Shown in pieces: positions 16,960 through 27,735 of a DNA stretch of 64,000 nucleotides. A model generated the notes under the pieces. The model saw only the letters and a list, made by a program, of their open reading frames with translations, was not told where the DNA came from and did not search any database. The position numbers and the translations under genes are program-made. How positions within the stretch are numbered: the first letter of the stretch is position 1; each line of letters starts with the position of its first letter. The DNA lies in the NCBI GenBank assembly GCA_045628545.1, contig JAZQPI010000018.1, forward strand, positions 3,643 to 67,642. Direction: 5' to 3'. This stretch comes from Kiritimatiellia bacterium. GTDB lineage: Bacteria; Verrucomicrobiota; Kiritimatiellia; RFP12; UBA1067.

Positions 16960-19900
16960 ATGAAGTTGAGCATCAGAAAGTCCATTGACGCATTGAAGCC
17001 GTTTTCGCGGATCTTCGTGGAGCGTCCCCGCTTCGCGATGGTGATTGCCATCTGTCTGTCGATCGCCGGGACGATGGCGATCTTCACGCTGCCGGTCTCG
17101 CAGTATCCGCGCCTCACGCCGCCGACGATCAGCGTGTCCTACAACTATCCCGGCGCGAACGCCAGGGAGGTGATGAACACCATCGCCATGCCGATCGAAG
17201 ACGAGGTGAACGGCGTCGACGACATGCTCTACATGACCGGCTCGTGCTCGGACGACGGCAGTTACCAGCTCACCGTGAGTTTCGAGGTCGAGTCCGACCG
17301 CGACATGGACATGGTCAAGGTGCAGAACCGCGTGTCGCAGGCGGAGGCGAAGCTGCCGGCGGAGGCGAAACAGCTCGGCGGACGCATCCGCGCGCAGAGC
17401 GAGGACCAGCTCGGCTTCATCTGCTTCCGTTCGCCGAACGGCACGATGACGCGCCAGCAGATCTCCGACTACATTTACGGCAACATCCAGCCCGTCCTGC
17501 TGCGCATCCCCGGCGTCGGCGAGGCGACGGTGTACGGTCCGCGCCTGTCGATGCGCGTGTGGCTCGACCCGCAGCGGCTGGCGGCGCAGGGGATGAACTC
17601 CGAGGAGGTGATCGCCGCGGTCTCCAAGCAGAACGTGCAGGCCTCGCTCGGCAAGGTGGGCGCGAGCCCGATTCCGTCGCACGCCGCGAAGACCTACACG
17701 CTCATCTCCAAGGGCCGCCTCATGAGTCCGAAGGAGTTCGAGGACATCGTCATCCGCCGCGACGATCAGGGCGGCCTCGTGCGCCTGCGGGACGTCGCGC
17801 GGACGGAGATCGGCGAGGAGAACTACATGTTCACCGGCCAGTTCAACGGCCAGAACGCGGTGTCCGTCGCGCTCGCCCAGAAGCCGGGGGCGAACGCGAT
17901 CGCGACGATGGACGCGATCTACGCGGCGATGCACGACCTGGAGGGGACCTTTCCGGCGGACTTCGCGTGGAGCGTGCCCTACGACGCGACCGACTACGTG
18001 CGCATGTGCATCAGCGAGATCGTCGAGACGCTGCTCATCACCTTCGCGCTCGTGGTGTTCGTCTGCTACCTCTTCCTGCAGGACTGGCGGGCGACGCTGA
18101 TCCCGTGCCTGACGATTCCGGTGTCGATCTGCTCGACGTTCATCCTGATGGCGGCCCTGGGCTACTCGATCAACCTGCTGACCCTGTTCGGACTCGTGCT
18201 GTCGATCGGCGTGGTGGTTGACGACTGCATCGTCGTCGTCGAGCGCGTGCAGTACCTCATCGAGACGCGCGGCCTCAACGCGAAGGAGGCGACGATCCAG
18301 GCGATGAGCGACGTGACGTCTGCCGTCATCGCGACGACGCTCGTGCTGCTCGGGATCTTCGTGCCGGTCGGGTTCATGAGCGGCATCACGGGCCGCATCT
18401 ACCAGCAGTTCTCGGTCACGCTCTCCGCGGCGGTCTGCTTCTCGACGCTGTGCGCGCTCACGCTCGCGCCGGCGCTGACCTCGCTCCTCCTCCACGAGGC
18501 GCGGCCGTTCAGGCACGGTCCGTTCGCGTGGTTCAACTGGGCGGTGGCGCGATTCAAGGGCTTCTTCGTGGTCTGCGCGAAGTGGCTCGCGTCGCGGCTC
18601 TTCCTGACGGCGATGCTCCTTTTGCTGACGGTCCTCCTCACGGTCCACTTCTTCATGGGGACGGAGACGAGCTTCCTGCCGGACGAGGACCAGCACGTCG
18701 TGTTCGTCCAGCTGGAGATGCCCGAGGGCACGGCGCGCGACCGCACGCGCGACGTCTCGCTGCGCGCGGTGGAGACGCTGGGCAAGATCCCCGAGATCGC
18801 GAGCGTCCTCACCATCACCGGCTTCTCGCCGATGGGCGGGCGCGGCGAGAACCTCTGCTTCCTCGTCGCCGACCTCACCGACTGGTCGGAGCGCCCGCTG
18901 CCCGAACAGCACGCGCTGCGGATGGTCGGCAAGATCCAGGCGGCCCTGGCCGCGATTCCCGAGCCGAAGTGGAGCGTCTTCACGCCGCCGGCGATTCCCG
19001 GCCTCGGCCTCGCCAACGGCATCAGCTTCCACATCCTGAACAAGGTCGACACCGACCCGATGAAGGTCGACGCGGTGCTCGGGAACCTCCTGATGAAGCT
19101 GAACGCGCGTTCCGACGTGATGATGGCGATGTCCGGCTTCAACGCGCAGACGCCGAAGCTCTACTTCAACCTCGACCGCGTGAAGGCCGAGATGCTGAAG
19201 GTCCCGGTCGCGACCGTCTACACGACCCTGCAGAACTACCTCGGCTCCCGTTACGTGAACGACATCAACCTCGGCACGCAGGTGAACCGCGTGACGGTGC
19301 AGGCCGACTTCACCGGCCGCGCGACGCCCGAGGACATCTCGCGGCTCTACGTCCGGAGCGAGACGGGGGCGATGGTGCCGGTCGGCTCGCTCGGCACGCT
19401 GACGCGCGAACTCGGTCCGCGCACGGTCGCCACGCGCGACAAGTACCTCGGCGCGGCGGTGACGGTGATCCCGGCGCCGGGCGTGGCGACGGGCACGCTC
19501 ATGAACGAGATCCGCGCGATGGCCCGCGCCGAAATGCCCGAGGGCTTCGACATCTCCTGGGCGGGCATCTCCTATCAGGAGGCCCGCAACGAGGGCACTG
19601 CCGCGCCGCTCATCCTGCTCGCGGTCATCTTCGGCTACCTCTTCCTCGTCGCGCAGTACGAGAGCTGGACGATTCCGCTGCCGGTGATGCTGTCGATCTT
19701 CGTCGCCGTGCTCGGCGCGCTCGTGGGCCTGCGCTACTGGGGCCTCCTCACGACCGGGGCGCCGTTCTCGCTGTCGGTGTACGCCCAGCTCGGCCTCGTC
19801 CTCCTCGTCGGCCTCGCCTCGAAGAACGCGATCCTGATCGTCGAGTTCGCGAAGGACAAGCGCGAGATCGAGGGCTGCGGCATCGTCGAGGCCGCGGGCC

Positions 19901-20187
19901 AGGCCGCGGGCGAACGTCTCCGCGCCCTGCTGATGACCGCGCTGACGACGCTCCTCGGGACGCTCCCGATGATGATCGCGACCGGCGCGGGCGCCGCGAG
20001 CCGCAACCACCTCGGCACGACCGAGTTCTGGGGCATGTTCGCCTCGGTGGTGTTCGGCATCCTCCTGGTGCCGGGCCTTTACGCGCTCTTTCAGACCTGG
20101 CGCGAACGGGTGAAGGGCGCGTTCGCGAATCTTTCAACGAAAACGGCGTCGCATCGCGAGGCTGTGGACACAAACAAGGAAAAATAA
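16960..20187 (+). CDS. RND (HAE1, AcrB-like) efflux permease
   Basis: ERPRFA, GVVVDDCIVVVERV, GLASKNAILIVEFA, RLRALLMT proton-relay motifs. Confidence 0.95.
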   Translation: MKLSIRKSIDALKPFSRIFVERPRFAMVIAICLSIAGTMAIFTLPVSQYPRLTPPTISVSYNYPGANAREVMNTIAMPIEDEVNGVDDMLYMTGSCSDDGSYQLTVSFEVESDRDMDMVKVQNRVSQAEAKLPAEAKQLGGRIRAQSEDQLGFICFRSPNGTMTRQQISDYIYGNIQPVLLRIPGVGEATVYGPRLSMRVWLDPQRLAAQGMNSEEVIAAVSKQNVQASLGKVGASPIPSHAAKTYTLISKGRLMSPKEFEDIVIRRDDQGGLVRLRDVARTEIGEENYMFTGQFNGQNAVSVALAQKPGANAIATMDAIYAAMHDLEGTFPADFAWSVPYDATDYVRMCISEIVETLLITFALVVFVCYLFLQDWRATLIPCLTIPVSICSTFILMAALGYSINLLTLFGLVLSIGVVVDDCIVVVERVQYLIETRGLNAKEATIQAMSDVTSAVIATTLVLLGIFVPVGFMSGITGRIYQQFSVTLSAAVCFSTLCALTLAPALTSLLLHEARPFRHGPFAWFNWAVARFKGFFVVCAKWLASRLFLTAMLLLLTVLLTVHFFMGTETSFLPDEDQHVVFVQLEMPEGTARDRTRDVSLRAVETLGKIPEIASVLTITGFSPMGGRGENLCFLVADLTDWSERPLPEQHALRMVGKIQAALAAIPEPKWSVFTPPAIPGLGLANGISFHILNKVDTDPMKVDAVLGNLLMKLNARSDVMMAMSGFNAQTPKLYFNLDRVKAEMLKVPVATVYTTLQNYLGSRYVNDINLGTQVNRVTVQADFTGRATPEDISRLYVRSETGAMVPVGSLGTLTRELGPRTVATRDKYLGAAVTVIPAPGVATGTLMNEIRAMARAEMPEGFDISWAGISYQEARNEGTAAPLILLAVIFGYLFLVAQYESWTIPLPVMLSIFVAVLGALVGLRYWGLLTTGAPFSLSVYAQLGLVLLVGLASKNAILIVEFAKDKREIEGCGIVEAAGQAAGERLRALLMTALTTLLGTLPMMIATGAGAASRNHLGTTEFWGMFASVVFGILLVPGLYALFQTWRERVKGAFANLSTKTASHREAVDTNKEK

Positions 20188-20188
20188 G

Positions 20189-21703
20189 ATGAAACAGTTG
20201 AAGTTCCCAGCAGTAGCGGCCTTGGCCGCCGTGGTCGGTTGCGCAAGCCTTCCGTCGGTCGGACCGGACTACGAGAGGCCGGAGTTCGACGTGCCCGAAT
20301 GCCCGCTGCCGGACGCCGGCGCGCCGACGACGAATGTCACCGCGACCGGCGAGTACAAGACCGCGCCGGCGAAGAGCGACGGCCGTGTCGTCATCTCGAA
20401 GGACCAGGTCGCCCAGTGGTGGAACCGCTTTAACGACCCCGTCCTCGTCGATCTCGTGCAGGGCGCCGTCACCAACAACGTCGGTTACCGCATCGCCATC
20501 GCGCGGCTGGAGCAGTCGAACTGGGAGCTTCTCGGAAGCTACGCGGCGTTCATGCCGAAGTTCGGCATCGGCGCGAACTGGCAGCGCAACTGGTACCGTC
20601 CCAACACCGCCAACGGCGGCGGAACCTACCGGCACTACAACGTGACGGGCGCGCTTCTGGACGGGGACTGGGAGATCGACATCTTCGGCGGCAACCGCCG
20701 CAAGGCCGAGGCCGCGCTCGCGATGGCCGAATCCGCCGGCTGGGGCGTGTCGGACGCCTGGGTCTCGCTGACGACCCAGATCGGCCGCCGGTACATCGAA
20801 CTGCGCACCGTGCAGGAGTCGCTGGACGTCGCCCGCACCAACCTCGTCCTCCAGATCGAGACCTATGACATCCTCAAGTCCCGCCTCGACTCCGGCATCG
20901 GCGACGAACTGGCGGTCAATCAGTGCGCCTACATCGTCGAACAGACGCGCGCGTCGATTCCCCAGCTGCTCGTGCGCGAGGACGAGCTGAAGAACGACCT
21001 GTGCATCCTCGCCGGCGAAATGCCCGGCTGCCTGGACGACGTGCTGAAGCCGGTCGCGGTGAAGCGGGACTGGCTGCTCGCCCCGCAGAAGGTCGAGTCG
21101 ATTCCGCTCGACCTCATCCGCGCCCGTCCCGACGTCCGCCGCGCCGAGCGCGAACTCGCCGCCGCGACGGCCGAGATCGGCGTCGCCAAGGCCCTCTGGT
21201 TCCCGAAGTTCTTCATCAGCGGCAGCGTGGGCTTCAACACCGCCAATTCGCACCGGCTCTTCACCCTCGACTCGTTCATGGCGACGCTCGGACCGTCCGT
21301 CAGCTGGCCGATCTTCCGCGGCGGCGAAATCTACGCGAGCGTGAAGGCCGCCGAGTCCAAGGTCGCCCAGGCGGCGCTCGCCTACGAGCTGGCCATCGAA
21401 AACGCCTACGCCGAAGTGCGTAACGCCTACTGCGCCTACACGCAGGAATACCACCGCTATCAGGCCCTCCGCTCGGCGACGAAAGCGGCGACGGACGCCG
21501 TGACGATCTCGAAGGACCTGTACCAGAACGGCCTCAAGGACTTCAACAACGTCCTCGACGCCCAGCGCTCCCGCCTCCAGTTCGAGGACGCGCTCGTCGC
21601 TTCCCGCGGCCAGATCACGCAGAACCTCCTCAGCCTCTACGGAGCCCTCGGCGGCGGCCTTGCGCAGGAGACGCTCGACGACGAGGACGAGGAGGCCGAG
21701 TAA
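20189..21703 (+). CDS. Outer-membrane factor lipoprotein (NodT/OprM/TolC family)
   Basis: Lipobox VVGC, WWNRFNDPVL, WEIDIFG, RPDVRRAE, LYGALGGG. Confidence 0.93.
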   Translation: MKQLKFPAVAALAAVVGCASLPSVGPDYERPEFDVPECPLPDAGAPTTNVTATGEYKTAPAKSDGRVVISKDQVAQWWNRFNDPVLVDLVQGAVTNNVGYRIAIARLEQSNWELLGSYAAFMPKFGIGANWQRNWYRPNTANGGGTYRHYNVTGALLDGDWEIDIFGGNRRKAEAALAMAESAGWGVSDAWVSLTTQIGRRYIELRTVQESLDVARTNLVLQIETYDILKSRLDSGIGDELAVNQCAYIVEQTRASIPQLLVREDELKNDLCILAGEMPGCLDDVLKPVAVKRDWLLAPQKVESIPLDLIRARPDVRRAERELAAATAEIGVAKALWFPKFFISGSVGFNTANSHRLFTLDSFMATLGPSVSWPIFRGGEIYASVKAAESKVAQAALAYELAIENAYAEVRNAYCAYTQEYHRYQALRSATKAATDAVTISKDLYQNGLKDFNNVLDAQRSRLQFEDALVASRGQITQNLLSLYGALGGGLAQETLDDEDEEAE

Positions 21704-21706
21704 GGG

Positions 21707-23020
21707 ATGTTCGAAGGCAGCGTATTCGGCCGGCTGGACCAGAAGCTCCAGAAGGCGGTCTCCGAGGCGGGCTATCGGCAGCCGACGCCGATTCAGGAGC
21801 GCGCCATCCCCTATCTGCTGGACGGCCGCGACCTCATCGGCTGCGCCCAGACGGGGACCGGCAAGACGGCTGCGTTCATGCTGCCGATCCTGAACCACCT
21901 CGTCAAGGTGCGCCGTCCGCGGCACATCGGCCATCCGCGCGCGCTGGTCCTCAGTCCGACGCGCGAACTCGCGGTGCAGACGGCGGAGAACATCCGCCGC
22001 TACGCGAAGTTCGCCGAGCTGCCGTTCGCCTGCCTGATCGGCGGCGTGAGCCAGTACGGACAGGTCAAGGACATCAAGCGCGGCGCCGAGGTCTACGTGG
22101 CCTGTCCCGGCCGGCTGATCGACCTGATGACCCAGGGCATCGTCTATCTCGACCAGGTCGAGATGTTCGTGCTTGACGAAGCCGACCGCATGCTGGACAT
22201 GGGCTTCATTCCCGACGTGCGGCGCATCATGTCCAAGCTGCCGAAGGCGCGGCAGTCCATGCTCTTTTCCGCGACGATGCCGCCGCCGATCATGAAGCTC
22301 GCCGGCGAACTCGTCCGCGACCCCGCGTCCGTGACGGTCAGCCCCGAGGCGCCGACGGTCGAGAAGATCAACCAGCGCGTCATGTTCGTCGCCAAATCGC
22401 AGAAGGACGCGCTCCTCCACCACCTGCTCGAACAGCATCCGGAGTGGAACAAGGTGATCGTCTTCACCAAGATGCGTCACGGCGCGGACCGCGTCTGCAA
22501 GAAGCTCTTTCGCGCCGGGGTCTCCTGCGCGGCCATCCATTCCGACAAGACGCAGGGCCAGCGGACCCGTGCGCTGGAGGGGTTCCGCCGCGGCGACGTG
22601 CGGGTGCTGGTGGCGACGGACATCGCCTCGCGCGGCATCGACGTGCCCGAGGTGTCCTGCGTGGTCAACATGGAGCTGCCGCTGGAGCCGGAGAGCTACG
22701 TGCACCGCATCGGGCGCACGGCCCGCGCCGGCGAGTCGGGCGCGGCCATCAGTTTCGTGACGCCGGAGGAGAAGCCGCTGCTGAAGGCGGTCGAAAGGTT
22801 AGTGCGCAAGACGATTCCCGTCGACCGCGAACATCCGTTCGAGTCCCAGCCCGACCTGCCGCCGCCGGCATGGCAGCGTCCGCCGAAGGGGATGCCGGGC
22901 AAGCCGAAGGGCAAGGTGCATCCCGCCAACCAGAACCGCGCGAACCGCAAGCGGCAGGGCCACACGTCCTTCCTCGGCCGCCGTCAGCCCGACTTCGGGC
23001 AGCAAGGCGGCAGACGGTGA
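21707..23020 (+). CDS. DEAD-box RNA helicase (RhlE-like)
   Basis: PTPIQ, AQTGTGKT, PTRELA, LDEADRMLDMGF, SAT, HRIGRTARAG. Confidence 0.95.
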   Translation: MFEGSVFGRLDQKLQKAVSEAGYRQPTPIQERAIPYLLDGRDLIGCAQTGTGKTAAFMLPILNHLVKVRRPRHIGHPRALVLSPTRELAVQTAENIRRYAKFAELPFACLIGGVSQYGQVKDIKRGAEVYVACPGRLIDLMTQGIVYLDQVEMFVLDEADRMLDMGFIPDVRRIMSKLPKARQSMLFSATMPPPIMKLAGELVRDPASVTVSPEAPTVEKINQRVMFVAKSQKDALLHHLLEQHPEWNKVIVFTKMRHGADRVCKKLFRAGVSCAAIHSDKTQGQRTRALEGFRRGDVRVLVATDIASRGIDVPEVSCVVNMELPLEPESYVHRIGRTARAGESGAAISFVTPEEKPLLKAVERLVRKTIPVDREHPFESQPDLPPPAWQRPPKGMPGKPKGKVHPANQNRANRKRQGHTSFLGRRQPDFGQQGGRR

Positions 23021-23217
23021 GCCTGTTCTCGCTTTAACGGGGCGGAACAAAACCGTTCCCGCGGCGCATGGCTGACGAATCCTCGTAATTTGCTGACGAG
23101 TGGCGAATCCGCGCCACCTGCGGCCCCTTTTCGGGATGTCGCTTGTGCCGTCGGCGATGGCGTGGAAGTGGAACTCCGGCACGTCGTGAATTTGGGGACA
23201 TCCAGTCGTCTCTGGGG

Positions 23218-23261
23218 TTGACAGGCGGGGACGAAATATGATAAAGTAATCATATGATTAC
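23218..23261 (+). promoter_or_regulatory. Promoter with a perfect 16-bp palindromic operator
   Basis: TTGACA (23218-23223), 18 bp, TAAAGT (23242-23247, TG-extended); GTAATCATATGATTAC at 23246-23261. Confidence 0.75.
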
Positions 23262-23280
23262 ATTTGCGGGAGGGCATGCG

Positions 23281-23958
23281 ATGGGGGCGCGTAGGGAGCG
23301 CTCGGACGGCCGCGAGACGCGAGAGGCCATTCTGGCCGCGGCGGCGGAGGAGTTCGCCGCGAAGGGCTTTGCGCTCGGTTCGGTTCGGGCGATCTGCGCC
23401 CGGGCCGGGGTGAACTCGGCGCTCGCGAGCCGCTATTTCGGCTCGAAGGAGGGGCTTTACCGCACGGTCGCGAAACGGCTCTTCGGCGATCTCGGCGCCC
23501 CGCTCGCGGAACTTTCGAAGGGCGTCACGGACGCGGCCGAGTGGCGGAACGCCTTTCGCACCTGGGTGGACGACTTCCTCTTCATGACGATTCCGACGGA
23601 GAAGGTGCAAAAGCTCTGCTCGGGACTCTTCCGCCACGAGGTAGCGTTCCCCACGAAGTTCCACGCCGAGTTCAAGCGTGATTTCGGCAAGCCCGTTTAC
23701 GATGCGCTGAGGGAGCTTCTGGCGATGGCGCTCGACGATGCGGACGCGATCGAGCTTTGGGCGTCGTCCGTCTGGGCGCAAGTCAGCGCCTACGCGCTTG
23801 CGGACAGGAAGTGGCATGCGTCCTTCCGGCCGAAGGGCGTGAAGCCCGCGGACTGGCGCGCGAAGGTCGGGGAGCACATTTGCACGGCGGCGTTCGCGGC
23901 GCTCACGTTCAAGGGCGACTTGCAAGAGTCGCATAACGAGACTCAAAAGGAGGACTGA
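23281..23958 (+). CDS. TetR-family regulator (CecR/YbiH-like)
   Basis: TREAILAAAAEEFAAKGF...SVRAICARAGVNSALASRYFGSKEGLY. Confidence 0.9.
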   Translation: MGARRERSDGRETREAILAAAAEEFAAKGFALGSVRAICARAGVNSALASRYFGSKEGLYRTVAKRLFGDLGAPLAELSKGVTDAAEWRNAFRTWVDDFLFMTIPTEKVQKLCSGLFRHEVAFPTKFHAEFKRDFGKPVYDALRELLAMALDDADAIELWASSVWAQVSAYALADRKWHASFRPKGVKPADWRAKVGEHICTAAFAALTFKGDLQESHNETQKED

Positions 23959-23960
23959 AC

Positions 23961-25910
23961 ATGGAAGCCTTGGGGATACTGATTGGCCTTTTGGCGGTTG
24001 TTGGCGTCTTTGTTCTGCCAGTGATTTCGCTTTGCCAGATCGGCGGCATAAGGGGTGATCTTCAGCGGCTGCGCGATGAGCTTGCGTGGTTGAACTGCAA
24101 GGTCAAGGCGGAGTCGTCCGCTGCGGAATCCGCTCCAGAGCCAGCACCTGCGTCCGCTCCTGAACCTGCACCTGAACCAGTTCCTGAACCCGTGTCGGCG
24201 CCAGAGCCAGTTGCGGCGCGTCCGCCAGTTGTCACTTCGGAAGGCGTCAAGTACGAGGAGACTGCATTTGAGATTTTGCTTGCGCGCATCGGCAACTGGC
24301 TTGCGGTGCGCGGCGAGTTTGCGCCGCAGGGGGTGACGCGCGAGTTCGCGTTCGTCACGCGCTGGCTGATCCGCCTTGGCGTGGCTCTGCTCGTGGGATG
24401 TGTCGTCTATTTCATGAAACTTTCGGTTGACCGCGGCTGGGTCGGTCCGGCGGCGAGGACGGTGTCAGTCGTCGTCTGGGGCGCGGTGTTCGCGGCGTTG
24501 GGCGCTTGGATGGTCCGCAAGACGCGCTACGCCCCGGTCGGACACGCCCTTGCGGGGCTCGGATTCATCGGCATGTATCTCGGTTTCGGACTGGGGCACA
24601 AGTTCTTCAATCCGCCGGTCATCGCCAGCGCGATCGTCGCCTTCGCGTCGCTGGCGACGGTGACCGTCCTCGCCGGGGTTTACGCCGTGCGATTGCCGTC
24701 CGCCATGGTTGCCGTATTGGGGCTGGTCGGCGGCTACCTGGTGCCGGTCATCGCCGGACAGGACAGCGGCAATCCGACCGGACTATACCTGTATCTTCTC
24801 GCGATCAATCTGGCGACGGCGTACGTGGCGCATCTGCGGCGCTGGAGCGCGCTTAACTTCCTGGCCGCGACGCTGGGATTCGCGCTCTGCGTGGCCTGGC
24901 AGAGCGGCCACGAATCAGCGCCGAAGGGCATCTACTTCCTTTCGTTCGGTTTCCTCTCGGCGGTCCATGCGCTCTATCTCGCGGCGACCGTGGCGGGTTC
25001 GCACAGCCGCGGCAAGGCGGGCAATGCCATCGCCTGGACCGGGCTTGCGCTCAACGCGACAGGTTATCTCACCTGGCTGCTCGTCGTCTTCCGTCCGATT
25101 GTCCACGATCACGCCGCAGGATTCATCTTCCTTGCGACGGTTGCGGCGTATGCGGTTCTGGCGCATTTTTCGATCCGACGCGGCTGGGCGGACCGCCTGA
25201 CGGTCGAGATGATGCTCGTCTTCGCATTCGCCTACCTGGCGTTTGCGCCGCTGATGATTGTCGCGAAGCCTTATCTCGTGACGGCGTGGTGTCTGATCGC
25301 CGCGGCGACGGGCGAGGCGGGTCGCCGTTCCCGACAGTCCGTGCTCGGCTATCTGGCGCTCCTGCTGGTGGGTCTGGCGTCCATCCTCTCGGTCTCGGTC
25401 TGGATGGAGGGGGCCTACTCGATGCGGACAATCTCGGCGGGCGGGAACTATCCGACGGATCTGCTGGCGCGCGTCGTCCGATTTGGCTGTGTGCCGGCGA
25501 CGCTTGCCGCGGCTGCGTGCCGCGGGTGGGTCCGTGGCGCGAACACCAAGGTCCGGGCCGCGCTCTGGGTGTTTGCGGCGGCCTTGGCCTTCGTCTTCCT
25601 GACGGCAGAGGCGCGGCTTTTCGGCGGGGTCTACCTGCCCGGGCTGAAGGGCGGCGCGGTGACCTTGGTCTGGGGACTCGTGGCGATCGGCGCATTGATC
25701 GGTGGTGTCGTCGGACGGCAGAAACCCGTGCGCACCGTTTCGCTCGTCCTGCTGGCGGTCGCTGTGGCGAAGCTGCTCTTTTTTGATACGGCCCGCATCG
25801 AAACGCCCTATCGCGTGCTGACGTTCGGGCTGACTGGTGTCGCGCTCATCTGCGGCGCGTTGGTCTATCTCAAGTTCAAGGAGAGGTTCGAAGACAATGA
25901 AGCGGCGTAA
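23961..25910 (+). CDS. DUF2339-family multipass membrane protein
   Basis: N-terminal TM, PEPAPEPV linker, E...WLIRLGVALL, many TMs, C-terminal KLLFFD...YRVLTF. Confidence 0.85.
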   Translation: MEALGILIGLLAVVGVFVLPVISLCQIGGIRGDLQRLRDELAWLNCKVKAESSAAESAPEPAPASAPEPAPEPVPEPVSAPEPVAARPPVVTSEGVKYEETAFEILLARIGNWLAVRGEFAPQGVTREFAFVTRWLIRLGVALLVGCVVYFMKLSVDRGWVGPAARTVSVVVWGAVFAALGAWMVRKTRYAPVGHALAGLGFIGMYLGFGLGHKFFNPPVIASAIVAFASLATVTVLAGVYAVRLPSAMVAVLGLVGGYLVPVIAGQDSGNPTGLYLYLLAINLATAYVAHLRRWSALNFLAATLGFALCVAWQSGHESAPKGIYFLSFGFLSAVHALYLAATVAGSHSRGKAGNAIAWTGLALNATGYLTWLLVVFRPIVHDHAAGFIFLATVAAYAVLAHFSIRRGWADRLTVEMMLVFAFAYLAFAPLMIVAKPYLVTAWCLIAAATGEAGRRSRQSVLGYLALLLVGLASILSVSVWMEGAYSMRTISAGGNYPTDLLARVVRFGCVPATLAAAACRGWVRGANTKVRAALWVFAAALAFVFLTAEARLFGGVYLPGLKGGAVTLVWGLVAIGALIGGVVGRQKPVRTVSLVLLAVAVAKLLFFDTARIETPYRVLTFGLTGVALICGALVYLKFKERFEDNEAA

Positions 25911-27396
25911 TTGGATTGCCTGTGCGGCAATATCGCTGGTCTTCGCGGCTGCGGCCGAGGAGGGTCATTTCGACTTGACGGGCGACATTGCCGCCGACGG
26001 CGTGGCTGCAGTGCCGCTCACCATTGACATCTATCGGGCCTGCGGGGCGGGGGAGGGGCGTCTCGGGCGCGAGTTGCGCGTTCTGGACGCAAAGGGCGTT
26101 GCCCAACCCTACGTCCTGCGTCGACGCTGTGCGTTCAATGTGCATACGGAAACTCAGTCCGAGCCCTGCAAGGTCCGCGACCTGTCCGAAAACGCCGACG
26201 GCTCGATTACGCTGACGGCCGCCGTGCGCGAGGGATTCGACATCGGCAGTGCCCGGGTGTCCGGCGTGGAGATCGGCACATCGCTCAAGGACTTCGCGCA
26301 GATGGTCGTCATCGGCTCCGCGGACGGGGCGAAGATCGCCGAAGGCCGGATTTTCGACTACACGCGTTTCGCATCTGTCAGGAGCACGACGGTTGCCGTC
26401 GGCGGAAAGTTGCCGCGGGAATTCACGATTACCTTGCGCCGTCCAGTGACGGAAGTGGAGAGCTCCGCATTCGAGCGGGTTGTCAGCACGGGCGCGGTCA
26501 ACAGCGTCTCGATCCGCCGGATGGCCCAGGAGCAGCCGTTCCGCGTCGACGCGGTTCGCGTGTGCTGCCAGACGGCATCGGTGTCGGCGGAGCCTCTGCC
26601 GCTGGACAGGGTCACGCTTTCCGGCGGCGAGACGGAGGATGGCTGCTACGTCTACGAGGCTTACTCGGCGCCCGTTGAAATGGCGAAGGCGGCGCCGGGC
26701 GCGGAAAACTGGGCGTTCGACGTCCTCGTCGAACGTCGGGGCCGCGACGGCGGACAGCGTACGGAAAGCCGGGAGCGTCTTTATGCGATTAAGTTGCCCA
26801 ACCGCATCAGCGCGAAGCGGAACTTTTCGTGCCGACCGGATCCGGATGACGGGCGCATTCGCTTTCGCATCGACCGCGGCGACAATCCGCCGGTGGCTCT
26901 AGGCGATCCGCCGTTCGTGTTCTTGATGGAACCTTACGAAGTCGTGTTCGTCGCGAAGCGCGGCGAGAGCTACCGGCTGGCCTTTGACAGGGGCGCGGAC
27001 ACGCCGCACTATTCCGACGGAGTCCTGGCGTATCTGCGCGCCGAGACATCCCCGCTGACGCTGATCGCGGTGCAGGCGGGCGAGTTCGCCGCGCCGACGG
27101 AGGTTGGGATGCCGACCTGGATCCAGGAAAACTGGGCGACGGCGGCATCCCTGCTGGTCTTGGCCGCGCTCGTCCTCTTTTGCCTCCGTTCCTTCGGCAA
27201 GGTGTCGCTAATCGCTTTCGCACTGCTGTCGGTGGCTGGCTGCGCGACCTCGTCGATGAAGTCGACGCCGTTCTACTGTGACGCCGTTTTTCGGGGTGTT
27301 ACACAAGGAGCACAAGAAGGGCGTGTGGCTGTGGCCGCTCTTCGGCTGGACAAGCGACGACCGAATGGAGGCTGCCGAGGCGCAGATGAACGCTGA
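25897..27396 (+). CDS. Exported protein (DUF3999-like) with a chimeric C-terminus
   Basis: Signal peptide MKRRNWIACAAISL; DRGDNPPV motif; C-terminal TM that runs into a lipoprotein-like LSVAGC segment. Confidence 0.6.
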   Translation: MKRRNWIACAAISLVFAAAAEEGHFDLTGDIAADGVAAVPLTIDIYRACGAGEGRLGRELRVLDAKGVAQPYVLRRRCAFNVHTETQSEPCKVRDLSENADGSITLTAAVREGFDIGSARVSGVEIGTSLKDFAQMVVIGSADGAKIAEGRIFDYTRFASVRSTTVAVGGKLPREFTITLRRPVTEVESSAFERVVSTGAVNSVSIRRMAQEQPFRVDAVRVCCQTASVSAEPLPLDRVTLSGGETEDGCYVYEAYSAPVEMAKAAPGAENWAFDVLVERRGRDGGQRTESRERLYAIKLPNRISAKRNFSCRPDPDDGRIRFRIDRGDNPPVALGDPPFVFLMEPYEVVFVAKRGESYRLAFDRGADTPHYSDGVLAYLRAETSPLTLIAVQAGEFAAPTEVGMPTWIQENWATAASLLVLAALVLFCLRSFGKVSLIAFALLSVAGCATSSMKSTPFYCDAVFRGVTQGAQEGRVAVAALRLDKRRPNGGCRGADER

Positions 27397-27733
27397 TCGG
27401 TTGGATCCGAAGATTGTGGCCAAGATGCACGCGACGGAATGGCAAAAGGGGTCTACAAGCCGTTGGTATGAAGCGACGGGCGCAATCAATGTGCACGACG
27501 GTTCCTGTCTGTTGAGCGGGCTGAGCACGAGCGGTCGCTGGATTCAATGGCATGCGCACGAGCTAACTGTAACCGCAACTGGTTCGTCGGAGTTCGGAAA
27601 CTTTTTCGCCTACGGTTCGAAGGCGAACGGCTACTCGAAGACTTCGCTTCTCTGTCGGCTTTTTCGGAACGAGTACGATCCGAAGACGGACAAGCGGCCG
27701 GTCGATTTCCTGTTCATTCCCGTTTGGAGGTAA
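27278..27733 (+). pseudogene. C-terminal remnant of an outer-membrane/lipoprotein gene
   Basis: WLWPLFGW and terminal ...LLCRLFR...DFLFIPVWR in a frame overlapping the upstream ORF, with no proper start. Confidence 0.45.
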
Positions 27734-27735
27734 CG

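Noticed and set aside
15337-22705. Very long minus-strand ORFs (1557 aa, 985 aa and similar ones elsewhere)
   Set aside because: Antisense shadows of high-GC3 genes; no motifs, and they fully overlap well-supported + strand genes.
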